Positions 37,707-46,173 of a DNA stretch of 64,000 bases are shown piece after piece. The stretch lies in NCBI GenBank assembly GCA_038231255.1, contig JBBRLR010000010.1, positions 8,989-72,988 of the forward strand, read 5' to 3'. Source of the stretch: Thermomicrobiales bacterium (GTDB taxonomy: Bacteria > Chloroflexota > Chloroflexia > Thermomicrobiales > JALYUS01). Under the pieces are notes generated by a model, which was not told the origin of the DNA, ran no database searches, and saw nothing but the letters and a program-made list of their open reading frames with translations. Each line of letters starts with the position of its first letter. The first letter of the stretch is position 1. A program made the position numbers and the translations under genes.

Positions 37707-38444
37707 CTATGACTCCGCCCGCATCTCAGGCGGTAGCATCCGCTCTAGTTCAGCGATCAATGGCGCGAGATCTGCGGTTACAGTTTTCCAGATAATATCG
37801 TCATCCACGTCACCGTAGCGATGAACGAGCACGTTACGCATCCCGCTCACTTCCGACCACGGAATTCCTGGGTGAAGATCACGCGTCGTCCGGGAGACAT
37901 GCGTAGCCGTTTCTCCGATCGTCTGGACAAGATGGAGTACCGCTAACTGGAAAATCTCGTCGGTATCATAAATATCGCGCGTGCGTCCGCTGACAATTCG
38001 CTGTGTATGTCGCGCTTTGTCGAGCATGTCTCCAATGTACAAATTCTCATCTTTCACCATATCACGCCCATACACCGAGCGATTTTCCCGTGCAAGGGTC
38101 ACCTCCTCAGGCGGGTCGCCGTAAAGCGTCTCCACATCTGCGTATACACGATCGCGAATGCGCCATTTGAGATTTTCGATACAGATGAAATCCGCCTCAT
38201 GGGCACTGCCGAACAGGCGGAACAGTTCTTCAGCCACCGAGAAACGGTCGAGTTTCTTCCTCGGTTCGAGGGCATAAAGCACATCAATATCGCTCTCATC
38301 GCGGAAATCGTCGCGCAGCACGGAGCCGAAGAGCGCCAGCCAGCGGACATGGTGCGCCCGGCAAAACGCCGCGATCTCCTCCGGCAAGGCGTGAATCCGC
38401 TTGTGCATGACTGCCGGACTTACCTTATGAACAACCTGCGCCAT
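37707..38444 (-). CDS. fused minimal nucleotidyltransferase (MNT) and HEPN (DUF86) protein
   Basis: Single 245-aa ORF. The N-terminal half has LFGSVLRDDFRDESDIDVL (GSx10DxD NTase motif). The C-terminal half has MRNVLVHRYGDVDDDIIW (Rx4HxY HEPN/DUF86 motif). G+C is clearly lower than in the flanking ABC genes. Its stop lies 3 nt before the ATPase start. Confidence 0.8.
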   Translation of the reverse strand: MAQVVHKVSPAVMHKRIHALPEEIAAFCRAHHVRWLALFGSVLRDDFRDESDIDVLYALEPRKKLDRFSVAEELFRLFGSAHEADFICIENLKWRIRDRVYADVETLYGDPPEEVTLARENRSVYGRDMVKDENLYIGDMLDKARHTQRIVSGRTRDIYDTDEIFQLAVLHLVQTIGETATHVSRTTRDLHPGIPWSEVSGMRNVLVHRYGDVDDDIIWKTVTADLAPLIAELERMLPPEMRAES

Positions 38445-38533
38445 TCGACCGCTTCCTCATCGTGTTCAACGATCCAGTACTGCTTCATCATACGCTATTG
38501 ACGTAGGTATCCGAGGAACGGACGGGGGCGGGG

Positions 38534-40245
38534 TTAGGTTCCCCGCCGCCGCGTCAACGTCTGCGCCGCGAGCGAGCCGCCGAGCGCGACGAGCATCAGG
38601 ACGAGCGCAAGAGCGGCAGCGGGCGCGACAATACCGCTTTCCAGCAGATTGAAGACCGCGAGGCAGGGCACGAAAACGAAGAGCCAGCCGCCGAGCAGCG
38701 CGGGCCGGACGAGCGGAAAGACCGCATCCCGCTGCGCCTGCCACCACGACGCGCCGCTGACCCGCGCGGCGGCGGGCAACGTTTCCGACACACCGGCGAG
38801 CGCCGCGCTCGCCGTGCTAATGCCGAACGTCAGGAAACGGGCGAGGTACGCCAGCAGAATGATCCAGAGGGTATTGTAAAGATGCAGCCCGAAAATCGGT
38901 CGCGCGAAGGCGAGAATGAAGGCGAGTGCGAGGACGGTTCCCGGCACGGCGTACGGCAAAGTCGCCAGCGCTTCCAGTGCGCCGCTGCCCCGGACCCGAC
39001 CGCGCAACCGGAACTGTGCCAGCGCGGCGCCGAGGATCATGATGACCGTTGCGCTCAGGGCGGCGAGCAGGAGGCTGTTGCGGAGCGCGCGCTGCGTGGC
39101 GGCGGTCTCCACAAAGGCGATGTGGAAATTGTGCAGCGTCAGATTCCCCGGCGTCGGCGCGTATCCCGCGACTCGCGTCAACGCGGAAAGCGCGACAGCG
39201 ACGAGCGGCGCGACAAGCACACCGACCGCGAACACGGTGGCGAGAACGGTCACCAGCCAACGCCACTTGCCAAGCGGCAACCGATCCACCGCCCGGCCCT
39301 GCGCGCCCGTGATCGCGTAGTGCCGCCGCGCCAGCAAGCGCCGCTGCGCAAACAACGCGCCGCCCGCCACGGCGACGAGCAGGAGCGACATCGCGGCGGC
39401 GAAGGCGAGGTTGTTGCGCGTGTCGTAGTCGAGCGCGACCTGATAAATGCGCGTCGTCAGGACGTAATACCGCCCAGGGATGCCCATCACCGCCGCGATG
39501 CCGAAGTCCGCGATGCAGGTGACGAAGACGAGAAATGTCCCCGCGAGGATAGCGGGTGCGAGCAACGGCAGGCTGACATCGCGGAAGACGCGGCGCGACG
39601 ACGCACCCGCCACCCGCGCCGCGTCCTCCAGCACCGGCTGGAAGCGGTCGAGGGCCGCGACGACCGGCAGATAAACGAGCGGGTAATGGTGCAAGATGAG
39701 CAGGAAAACTACCCCGCCCGCACCATAGGGGCGGACGAGCGGATCGCCCACCCCCGCAAGGTGCTTGTATGCCTGATTGAGATAGCCGACCGGCCCGATG
39801 ATCTGCAACCAGGCAATCGCGCCGATGAATGACGGCACATAAAACGGCAGCGCGAAGACGAGACGGAAAAACGACGCCGCCGGGAGGTTCGTCCGCACGA
39901 CGAGCCAGGCGAGCGCGACGCCTAGCACCGTGGCGACTACCGTCGCGGCGACACCGACGACCAGCGTATGCCCGAACGCGCTCCGCGTCCGCGCATCCGT
40001 GGCGAGGTCGTGGTACGGCGCGAAGGTGATGGCCGCCGTCGCGCCGACATGGAATGAGCGCCAGACAAGCCGGTACGCCGGGTACAGGACAATAAACGCA
40101 ATCACCGTGACGAGCAGCGCGTACGCCAGCCGCTCGCCGCGAAACAGGTCGCGACCGCGCGCGCGCCAGGCATCCCCGCGTGTGGGGCTGGCGGCTCGAC
40201 GTCCGGCCGGGCCGATCAAACCGGGTACGCTCTCCGGCGTTCGCA
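38534..40245 (-). CDS. ABC importer permease, duplicated (two-domain) FbpB/ThiP-like
   Basis: About 570 aa with 12 TM helices and two BPD-transporter repeats. A GTG at 40245, just after the SBP stop, is proposed as the start. The ORF-track start at 40375 overlaps the SBP gene. Confidence 0.8.
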
Positions 40246-40247
40246 CG

Positions 40248-41489
40248 CTACGCCCCGAAGATGTCCGTGAATTGCTTCTTCGCGTCCGGTAACTGCTTGG
40301 CAATCGCCGGTGCGTCCACCGGGAACTCCTTGATATTCGTAGGCACACCGGCGGGTGGAGCGACGCCTGCCGCAAGCGGAATGTAATTCTGCGTGACGAT
40401 CAGCGCCTGCCCATCCGGCGACAAGACGAAGTCCACGAATGCCTTCGCGGCATCGAGGTTCTTCGTCCCGGCGACGACCGCGATCGGTTCTGTGACCGGG
40501 ATCGCGCCGTCGGTCGGGTAGATCATCTCGATAGGCGATCCTTTCGCCTTCGCCGCCCGCACACCGTTATCCGTGACGATGCCGACGGGCGCTTCGCCGG
40601 AAATGATCTTGTTCAGCGCGTCACCGTTCGCCTGCACGACCGTCATCCCGTTCCGCTGCAACCCCTTCACGAAGTCCGCGCCATACGCCGTGGTGTTGAG
40701 GAAAACGGCGTAGTTGAGCGCCGCCGCGCCCGAATACTGCGGGCTGGGCGAGACAAGTTTCCCCTTGTACTCAGGCTTCAGGAGGTCTTTCCACGTCGCG
40801 GGCTTCGGCAGGTTCGCGGTCGTGTTGACGGCGATCCCACTGTTGATGATTTTCGTGCCTGCATAGTATCCCTCCGCGTCCACAAATTGCTTGTCGAGCG
40901 CACTCGCGAAGGGCGATTTGTAGGGCTGGAGGAATTTATCCGCCTTCAGGTTCTCCATCGTCGGCGCGTCGGCGATCAGCAGGACATCGGCCTGGATGCT
41001 CTTCGCATCCTGCTCAGCGCGCAGTTTGGCGATCACTTTCTCGGTGCCGTCGCGGTAAATCGTGACGGCGACATTTGGGTACTTCTTGTTGAACGCCGTC
41101 TTGAGGCCATCCGCATCCGTCTGCACCGCCGAGGTGTAGAGCGTCACTTTGCCAGCCACACTCGATGAGACGGCGGAGCCGACCGGGGCCGCCGTCCCGC
41201 TCGTGCTCGCCGCGATCGCGGGCGTCGAGGCGCCGGTGGTCGCCGTGACGCCCGGCGCCGCTGTCACGGCAGCAGTCGCGGTCGGCACGCTCGGCGGCGC
41301 GGTCGGACTACCGGCGGGGACGGCGGTACCGTTCGTGCTCGCCGCAACTGCGGGTGTGGAAGCTCCATTCGTCGCGGCAGGCTTCGGCGTCTCGGTCGCC
41401 TTCGACCCGCCGCACGCCGCCAACACAGCCGCAGCCGCACTCGCCGCGATTCCGCTCAAAAAATGTCGCCGTGACAGGCGCTGCACCAT
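40248..41489 (-). CDS. ABC importer substrate-binding lipoprotein (Fe3+/family-1 type) with a long Ala/Thr/Pro/Ser linker
   Basis: From ATG 41489: SRRHFLSG (Tat-like) followed by the lipobox LAAC|GG, then a repetitive linker (GASTPAVAASTNGTAVPAGS.. / GASTPAIAASTSGTAAPVGS..) and an SBP_bac_1/8-like body. Confidence 0.8.
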   Translation of the reverse strand: MVQRLSRRHFLSGIAASAAAAVLAACGGSKATETPKPAATNGASTPAVAASTNGTAVPAGSPTAPPSVPTATAAVTAAPGVTATTGASTPAIAASTSGTAAPVGSAVSSSVAGKVTLYTSAVQTDADGLKTAFNKKYPNVAVTIYRDGTEKVIAKLRAEQDAKSIQADVLLIADAPTMENLKADKFLQPYKSPFASALDKQFVDAEGYYAGTKIINSGIAVNTTANLPKPATWKDLLKPEYKGKLVSPSPQYSGAAALNYAVFLNTTAYGADFVKGLQRNGMTVVQANGDALNKIISGEAPVGIVTDNGVRAAKAKGSPIEMIYPTDGAIPVTEPIAVVAGTKNLDAAKAFVDFVLSPDGQALIVTQNYIPLAAGVAPPAGVPTNIKEFPVDAPAIAKQLPDAKKQFTDIFGA

Positions 41490-41630
41490 GATCCTTGCTC
41501 CTTGCTCCTTGCTTCGCATTCGCTACTTCAGTACATCATCGCCCAGCAGCATCGCATGCGTGATGCTCGCACAAAACGATGATCGAAATGTGAGCGCAGC
41601 ATACCATCCCGCGTCGCGTATACTGCACGG

Positions 41631-42371
41631 ATGGAAGATCGTTCCACCGCGCCCACGCTGCACGCCGCCCCGCTTGTCTGCCCGCACTGCGGCAGTGGCG
41701 ACCTCGCGCGGGACGCGGAGCATCCGCACGAGTTCGTTTGTGCGCATTGCCAGACGCGCTCGCGGATGCTGCCGCGTGGCGGCGCGCTGCTCGTGCTTGG
41801 CTGGGTTTGCCCGGACTGCGGTCACGACAACGAGCGCGGCAACCGCTTCTGCACGCAGTGCGGCACACCGCTCACCAAACCGTGCCCGAACTGCGGCGCG
41901 GCGATGCGCGTCGGCGACAAGTTCTGCAATGCCTGCGGCAAGACCCGCAACCAGCTCGTCGCGGAATGGTACCGGGCGGGCAAGGGCGCGCTCGACGCCG
42001 GGCGACCGTGGGAGGCGATGCCGCCGCTCCAGCGATTGGTCGCCCTCGATCCATCGTACGGCGACGTGCAAACGCTCCTCGAACGGGCGGCGCATGCCGC
42101 CGCTACCCCGCCCGCGCCGCTACCGACTGATACGCCCTCCCCGGCGGCGATCGCAGTGCGCGACGCGATTGCGAGCCTGAAGCGCGAGAAGCGACGCGGC
42201 CACATGGTCGCACGCCTCGTGGTCGTCTCCACGGCGCTCCTTTCCCTTATTATCGCCGTCTCGGCGCTCGTCGGGCTGCTTCTCCATTCCATCGCCTTTG
42301 GCATCCTCTTCTTCCTCTTTGTCTGCGCGCTGATCGTCGCGAATGTCTGGATCGCGTTGCACAACCCCTAA
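41631..42371 (+). CDS. multi-zinc-ribbon protein with a TPR-like middle region and C-terminal TM helices
   Basis: CPHCG..CAHC, CPDCG..CTQCG and CPNCG..CNACG ribbons. C-terminal hydrophobic helices (LVVVSTALLSLIIAVSAL.., ILFFLFVCALIVANVWIAL). Confidence 0.55.
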   Translation: MEDRSTAPTLHAAPLVCPHCGSGDLARDAEHPHEFVCAHCQTRSRMLPRGGALLVLGWVCPDCGHDNERGNRFCTQCGTPLTKPCPNCGAAMRVGDKFCNACGKTRNQLVAEWYRAGKGALDAGRPWEAMPPLQRLVALDPSYGDVQTLLERAAHAAATPPAPLPTDTPSPAAIAVRDAIASLKREKRRGHMVARLVVVSTALLSLIIAVSALVGLLLHSIAFGILFFLFVCALIVANVWIALHNP

Positions 42372-42429
42372 CGAATCATCGAGTTTTACCGCAATGTGAT
42401 TGATTTTTTCAATGTGTTCGTCAATAATC

Positions 42430-42458
42430 TTGACAATATTATCGTAATCAATTAGGCT
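42430..42458 (+). promoter_or_regulatory. putative sigma-70-type promoter upstream of the MFS genes
   Basis: TTGACA (42430-42435), a 17-nt spacer and TAGGCT (42453-42458), in an AT-rich gap. Followed by the small palindrome tgctgacacagca. Confidence 0.3.
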
Positions 42459-42505
42459 CGATCTGTGCTGACACAGCATTCGGTAGAGGATAGGGAGCAG
42501 CGGCA

Positions 42506-43819
42506 ATGCAAACAGTGACTATCGAGGCCACGACAGCACCCGCGCGCCGCGCGCCGATTATGGCGCTGCTGGCCGCGAATGTGATCTCGCTGCTCGGCAG
42601 CATGCTGACATTGATCGCACTGCCGTGGTTCGTCCTCCAAACGACGGGCAGCGCGGCGAAAACTGGCATTGCGGGCGGCTTTGTCGCGCTGCCGGCGTTT
42701 GTCGCGGGGGTGTTCGGCGGCACGCTGGTGGATCGCCTCGGCTACAAACGGTCGAGCGTGATCGCGGACGTGGTGAGCGGCATCGGCATCGCCTGCGTGC
42801 CGCTCCTGTATCACACGGTCGGCCTCGCTTTCTGGCAACTGCTTGCCTTCATCTTCGTCGGCAACCTGCTCGCCATCCCCGGCCTGACCGCTCGCCGCGC
42901 GATGCTGCCCGAACTGGCGACCCTCGCCCGCTGGCGGCTTGAAGGAGTCAACGCGTCGTTCGAGGGCGTCCAATACCTTTCGGTGTTGCTCGGCCCACCC
43001 ATCGCCGGGCTGCTGATCGCGATCATCGGCACGAGCAATGTCCTGTGGCTGGACGCGGCCTCCTTCGCGGCGTCGGCGATCATCGTCGGCGGGCTGATCC
43101 CGCGCGTCGCGTCCGGCATGAAGGACGCGGCGCGCGGCAAATACCGCGACGAACTGATCGCGGGGCTGCGCTTTCTGCGCGGCGACCGTTTGTTGTTCGC
43201 GCTCGCCATCGGCCTCGCCATCGGCAACATGCTCGGCAGCCCGCTCTTCGGCGTCGTCCTGCCCGTCTTCGCACGGCAGACATACGGAAGCGCCGCGCTA
43301 CTCGGCATCCTCGTCGCTGCGACGGGTGGGGGTCAGGTGATCGGCGCGACGCTCTACGGCGTGGTCGGCCATCGGTTGCCCCGGCGTGCCCTCTGGATCA
43401 CCTCCTTCATCGTCGTGCCGCTGCCATGGCTCGTCTTTCTCTTCACGACCTCGCTACCCCTGATCGTCGGGGCGCTTGCACTCGGCAGCATCGTTTCCGG
43501 GCCGACCAATCCGCTCCTGGTGACGATCCGGCACGAGCGCATCCCGCAGGCATTGCGCGGACGGGTTTTCAGTACCTTTTCCGCCATCGCGTCTGTCGCG
43601 CAACCAATCGGGCTGGCCGTGGGCGGCTTCGCGGTGGAGGCATTCGGCCTGAAAGGCACGATCCTCGCCCTGACGCTCGCCGAACTCTCGCTCGGCATCG
43701 CGATGTTCTTTATCCCCGCCCTCTATGACATGAACCGGGACGAAACCGGGAAGAACCGCAAAGACGCAAAGAGCGCAGAGGACGCAAAGAGGGAAAGGAG
43801 AGTCTTGAATGATGCATAA
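42506..43819 (+). CDS. MFS transporter
   Basis: 437 aa with 12 TM helices, paralogous to the next gene. The last ~26 codons (NRDETGKNRKDAKSAEDAKRERRVLNDA) are encoded by a family-1 repeat. Confidence 0.85.
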   Translation: MQTVTIEATTAPARRAPIMALLAANVISLLGSMLTLIALPWFVLQTTGSAAKTGIAGGFVALPAFVAGVFGGTLVDRLGYKRSSVIADVVSGIGIACVPLLYHTVGLAFWQLLAFIFVGNLLAIPGLTARRAMLPELATLARWRLEGVNASFEGVQYLSVLLGPPIAGLLIAIIGTSNVLWLDAASFAASAIIVGGLIPRVASGMKDAARGKYRDELIAGLRFLRGDRLLFALAIGLAIGNMLGSPLFGVVLPVFARQTYGSAALLGILVAATGGGQVIGATLYGVVGHRLPRRALWITSFIVVPLPWLVFLFTTSLPLIVGALALGSIVSGPTNPLLVTIRHERIPQALRGRVFSTFSAIASVAQPIGLAVGGFAVEAFGLKGTILALTLAELSLGIAMFFIPALYDMNRDETGKNRKDAKSAEDAKRERRVLNDA

Positions 43820-43879
43820 TCTTCTTCTCCTCTTTGCGATCTTTGCATCCTCTGCGTCTTTGCAGTTCTCCCCGGCTTC
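43742..43879. repeat. palindromic intergenic element, family 1, locus 2
   Basis: gaaaccgggaagaaccgcaaagacgcaaagagcgcagaggacgcaaagaggg ... cctctttgcgatctttgcatcctctgcgtctttgcagttctccccggcttc. Confidence 0.8.
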
Positions 43880-43894
43880 TTCCCATGGAGAGGA

Positions 43895-45178
43895 ATGATG
43901 TTTGGGGTTTTGCGTCAGCGGAACTATGCGCTGCTGTGGATCGGGCAACTGATCTCGGTCTTCGGCGACTGGGTGCTGCTAATCGCGCTCCCTTTCTACA
44001 TTTTCGATCTGACCGGCTCCGCGCTGGCGACGGGGGCGATGTTCATGGCGGCGAACCTGCCGCGCGTCCTGCTCGGCTCCGTCGCGGGTGTATTTGTGGA
44101 CCGCTGGAACCGCAAACGGACGATGATCGCCGCCGATCTGCTCCGTGCGGCGCTCATCCTCATTTTGCTGACGGTCCATTCCATCCACTGGCTGTGGATT
44201 GTCTACCTCGTCGCCTTCACGCAGGCGCTGATCGCGCAGTTCTTCACGCCCGCGAAGAACGCCGTCATCCCGCTGCTCGTCGGCGAATCGGATTTGATCC
44301 CCGCGAACACGCTCAACTCGCTCAGTGAGAATCTGACGCGCCTGATTGCGCCAGCGCTCGGCGGCGCGCTCTTCGGGCTGTTCGGCCTCGCCAGCATCGT
44401 CTGGATTGATAGCGTGTCGTTCCTGATTTCGGGATTGCTGATTGCCGGGATCGTCCTGCCAGCGAGAGCGCGAAACATGACCAGCGCGTCGCGCGGCAGG
44501 TCGTGGACGGCGGTCTGGGGCGAATGGCGGGATGGCATGCGCCTGATGCGCGCCGATCCGACGATCACAGCAGTCTTCGCGGCAACGGGTGCGGCAATGA
44601 TCGGGGAGGGGTTCTTTACCGTTATGCTCGTGCCATTCGTCAAGGAAATACTGCACGGCGGCCCGCAAGACTTTGGTTTACTCGCGAGCGCGCAGGCGAT
44701 TGGCGGGCTGATCGGCAGCCTCTTTATCGGTCGGATCGGCAGGACTGTCCGACCCGGCATCCTGATCCCTTTGAGCGGCTTCCTTTTCGGGTTGAGCGAC
44801 ATCGCCCTCGCCAACCTTCCCGGTCGCGGCGGGCTACCGCCTCTGCTCGTCGGCGTCGTGGCGATTAGTCTCGCCGGCGCCCCTGTTGTCGGCTTTTCCG
44901 TCGGCCTCCAGACACTCCTGCAATCAAGTGTGGCGGACGCCTATCGCGGGCGCGTCTTCGGGGCCTATGGGACAACCATCGCGTTCATGACACTCGTTGG
45001 ACAAGCTATGGCCAGTGTTTTCGGCAACCGTTTCGGCGTCGTACCCATCTTTACGCTTGCCGGTTGCTTCGAATTTCTCGGCGGTCTCGTCGCCTTCGTC
45101 CTCCTGCGCCGCGCCTCTCGCATCGCGACGGAAGCGAACCCGACCGAGGAAATGGCGGCAATGGCTGTTGAAGATTAG
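43895..45178 (+). CDS. MFS transporter (paralogue of the preceding gene)
   Basis: 427 aa with 12 TM helices and conserved MFS loop motifs (FVDRWNRKRTM). Confidence 0.85.
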   Translation: MMFGVLRQRNYALLWIGQLISVFGDWVLLIALPFYIFDLTGSALATGAMFMAANLPRVLLGSVAGVFVDRWNRKRTMIAADLLRAALILILLTVHSIHWLWIVYLVAFTQALIAQFFTPAKNAVIPLLVGESDLIPANTLNSLSENLTRLIAPALGGALFGLFGLASIVWIDSVSFLISGLLIAGIVLPARARNMTSASRGRSWTAVWGEWRDGMRLMRADPTITAVFAATGAAMIGEGFFTVMLVPFVKEILHGGPQDFGLLASAQAIGGLIGSLFIGRIGRTVRPGILIPLSGFLFGLSDIALANLPGRGGLPPLLVGVVAISLAGAPVVGFSVGLQTLLQSSVADAYRGRVFGAYGTTIAFMTLVGQAMASVFGNRFGVVPIFTLAGCFEFLGGLVAFVLLRRASRIATEANPTEEMAAMAVED

Positions 45179-45182
45179 CCCG

Positions 45183-45244
45183 CCAAGAGGGAAAAAGATT
45201 GAGCGCAGAGGACGCAGAGAGCGCAGAAAAGAAAAAATAAAGGA
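45183..45244. repeat. family-1 palindromic element, locus 3, left arm (split by the IS insertion)
   Basis: gccaagagggaaaaagattgagcgcagaggacgcagagagcgcagaaaag.. matches the left arms of other copies. The partner arm is at 47252-47305. Confidence 0.7.
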
Positions 45245-45269
45245 GGCGACTATGTACTTGACAAACCCA
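45245..45269. repeat. left terminal inverted repeat of the IS
   Basis: See the mobile element entry. Confidence 0.85.
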
Positions 45270-45460
45270 TGCGCGTACCTATAGACTGAGGGACAAACCT
45301 CGCGTTTAGTGAAACGAAGGGAGTGCCACGATGTTAATCGCCAGCAAACGACGGAAACGGCTCGGTAACGCCCGACAACGCTACGAAGCCGCGCACATGG
45401 CCTTTCGCCGTTCGCTCCCTCTCTCTTCACGACGTAAACCCAAAGAACAGCAATTGCAGA

Positions 45461-45489
45461 GAAAGGAACAGCGGTCTGCCGTTCCTTTC
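45461..45489 (-). terminator. hairpin immediately after cargo ORF-B (possible terminator)
   Basis: gaaaggaac-agcggtctgcc-gttcctttc (9-bp stem) abuts the TAA at 45490-45492. The minus-strand downstream sequence is only moderately T-rich. Confidence 0.3.
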
Positions 45490-45636
45490 TTATTCGTCCT
45501 GCTTGCCGCCGCCCTTCTTGGCCTTCGGCTCTTTCGGCGGTGGCGGCGTCGCTAGAAGCCCCTTCAACGCTTCCTCGAAGGAGAGCGGTGCGAGGCTGAT
45601 CTTCGACTGGTCAGGCTTCTTCTTGTCTGTCGTCAT
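45490..45636 (-). CDS. small cargo ORF-B (48 aa, basic C-terminus)
   Basis: MTTDKKKPDQSKISLAPLSFEEALKGLLATPPPPKEPKAKKGGGKQDE. Below the 60-aa cut-off of the ORF track. Its ATG at 45636 overlaps the end of ORF-A by 26 nt. Confidence 0.35.
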   Translation of the reverse strand: MTTDKKKPDQSKISLAPLSFEEALKGLLATPPPPKEPKAKKGGGKQDE

Positions 45637-45853
45637 AGTTCGATTCTAGCAGATGCCCGCTATCCTCCACATGCGCCGTGAGTGCCGCCGCCTTTGTCGG
45701 ATACACATCTTTGCTCAGGCTGAGCAAGGCTATCAACTTCTCGATTGCTTCTTGTGTCACCGTGCCGGTCAGCACAACTCTAGCCGTGCTTTGCGCCGCA
45801 AGCCTAAAAGAGAGGACTTCCGCCCCTTCATCGGGCACGGGCGCAATAGCCAT
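45611..45853 (-). CDS. small cargo ORF-A (80 aa, or up to 102 aa from ATG 45919)
   Basis: MAIAPVPDEGAEVLSFRLAAQSTARVVLTGTVTQEAIEKLIALLSLSKDVYPTKAAALTAHVEDSGHLLESNYDDRQEEA. This is the protein-like C-terminal part of the 187-aa ORF-track entry. The N-terminal part of that entry is antisense to the tRNA-like genes. Confidence 0.35.
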   Translation of the reverse strand: MAIAPVPDEGAEVLSFRLAAQSTARVVLTGTVTQEAIEKLIALLSLSKDVYPTKAAALTAHVEDSGHLLESNYDDRQEEA

Positions 45854-46008
45854 TGCAGACGAAGTGGAGAAAATCTGCGGTCGTGACGGCGGGCTCATGG
45901 GCGTTCGCAGTGTTTCCATCGGCGACTCGCTTACGGAAGGGGGCCGACACGCAAACAAAACGAGCGAGCCGCTTTCGACGGAGACTCGCCCGTTTCGCGG
46001 TACACAAT

Positions 46009-46085
46009 GCGCCGTAGTCGAGGAAGATCGTGAAGGTTCATAACCTTCAACCGTTAGCAGGGTTCGAGTCTCTCGCGGCGCACCA
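46009..46085 (+). tRNA. tRNA-like gene, anticodon CAU, non-canonical D, variable and T arms (possible pseudogene)
   Basis: Acceptor stem GCGCCGU/GCGGCGC, anticodon arm GAAGG-UUCAUAA-CCUUC, GGUUCGAGUC T-loop, A73 and an encoded CCA. However, the D stem is 3 bp with a 6-nt loop, the variable region is 9 nt, and the T stem has a C-C mismatch and a G.U pair. Confidence 0.45.
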
Positions 46086-46089
46086 TTTC

Positions 46090-46173
46090 GGGGCAGTGGC
46101 GAAACCAGCAGACGCGCCGGACTTGGAATCCAGTTCCCTCCCAGGATCGCGGGTGCAAGTCCCGCCTGCCCCA
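46090..46173 (+). tRNA. class II (Leu-type scaffold) tRNA-like gene with anticodon UGG
   Basis: Perfect acceptor stem GGGGCAG/CUGCCCC and A73. UG at positions 8-9. D arm GCGA-AACCAGCAGA-CGCG. Anticodon arm CCGGA-CUUGGAA-UCCAG with one C-A mismatch. 15-nt variable arm. T arm GCGGG-UGCAAGU-CCCGC. Followed by CC. Confidence 0.5.

Noticed and set aside
41490-41630. TPP (or other) riboswitch in the leader of the ABC importer, because two-domain permeases also occur in thiamine importers
   Set aside because: No CUGAGA / ACCUGAUCUGGAUAAUGCCAGCG-type blocks are present on the minus strand.
46022-46031. GGAAGATCGT is identical to the 5' end of E. coli selC, suggesting a selenocysteine tRNA
   Set aside because: No complementary 3' acceptor strand (GATCTTCC) exists downstream. 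The stretch is better explained as the D loop and stem of the CAU tRNA-like gene. The resemblance of the second gene's anticodon stem to selC (GCCGGA..TCCAGT) comes without the 8-bp acceptor stem and 6-bp D stem of tRNA-Sec.
46090-46173. Allo-tRNA (8/4 or 9/3 acceptor/T-stem) fold for the UGG tRNA-like gene
   Set aside because: An eighth acceptor pair would be U97-C65, a mismatch. The 5-bp T stem GCGGG/CCCGC is perfect, so 7/5 geometry fits best.
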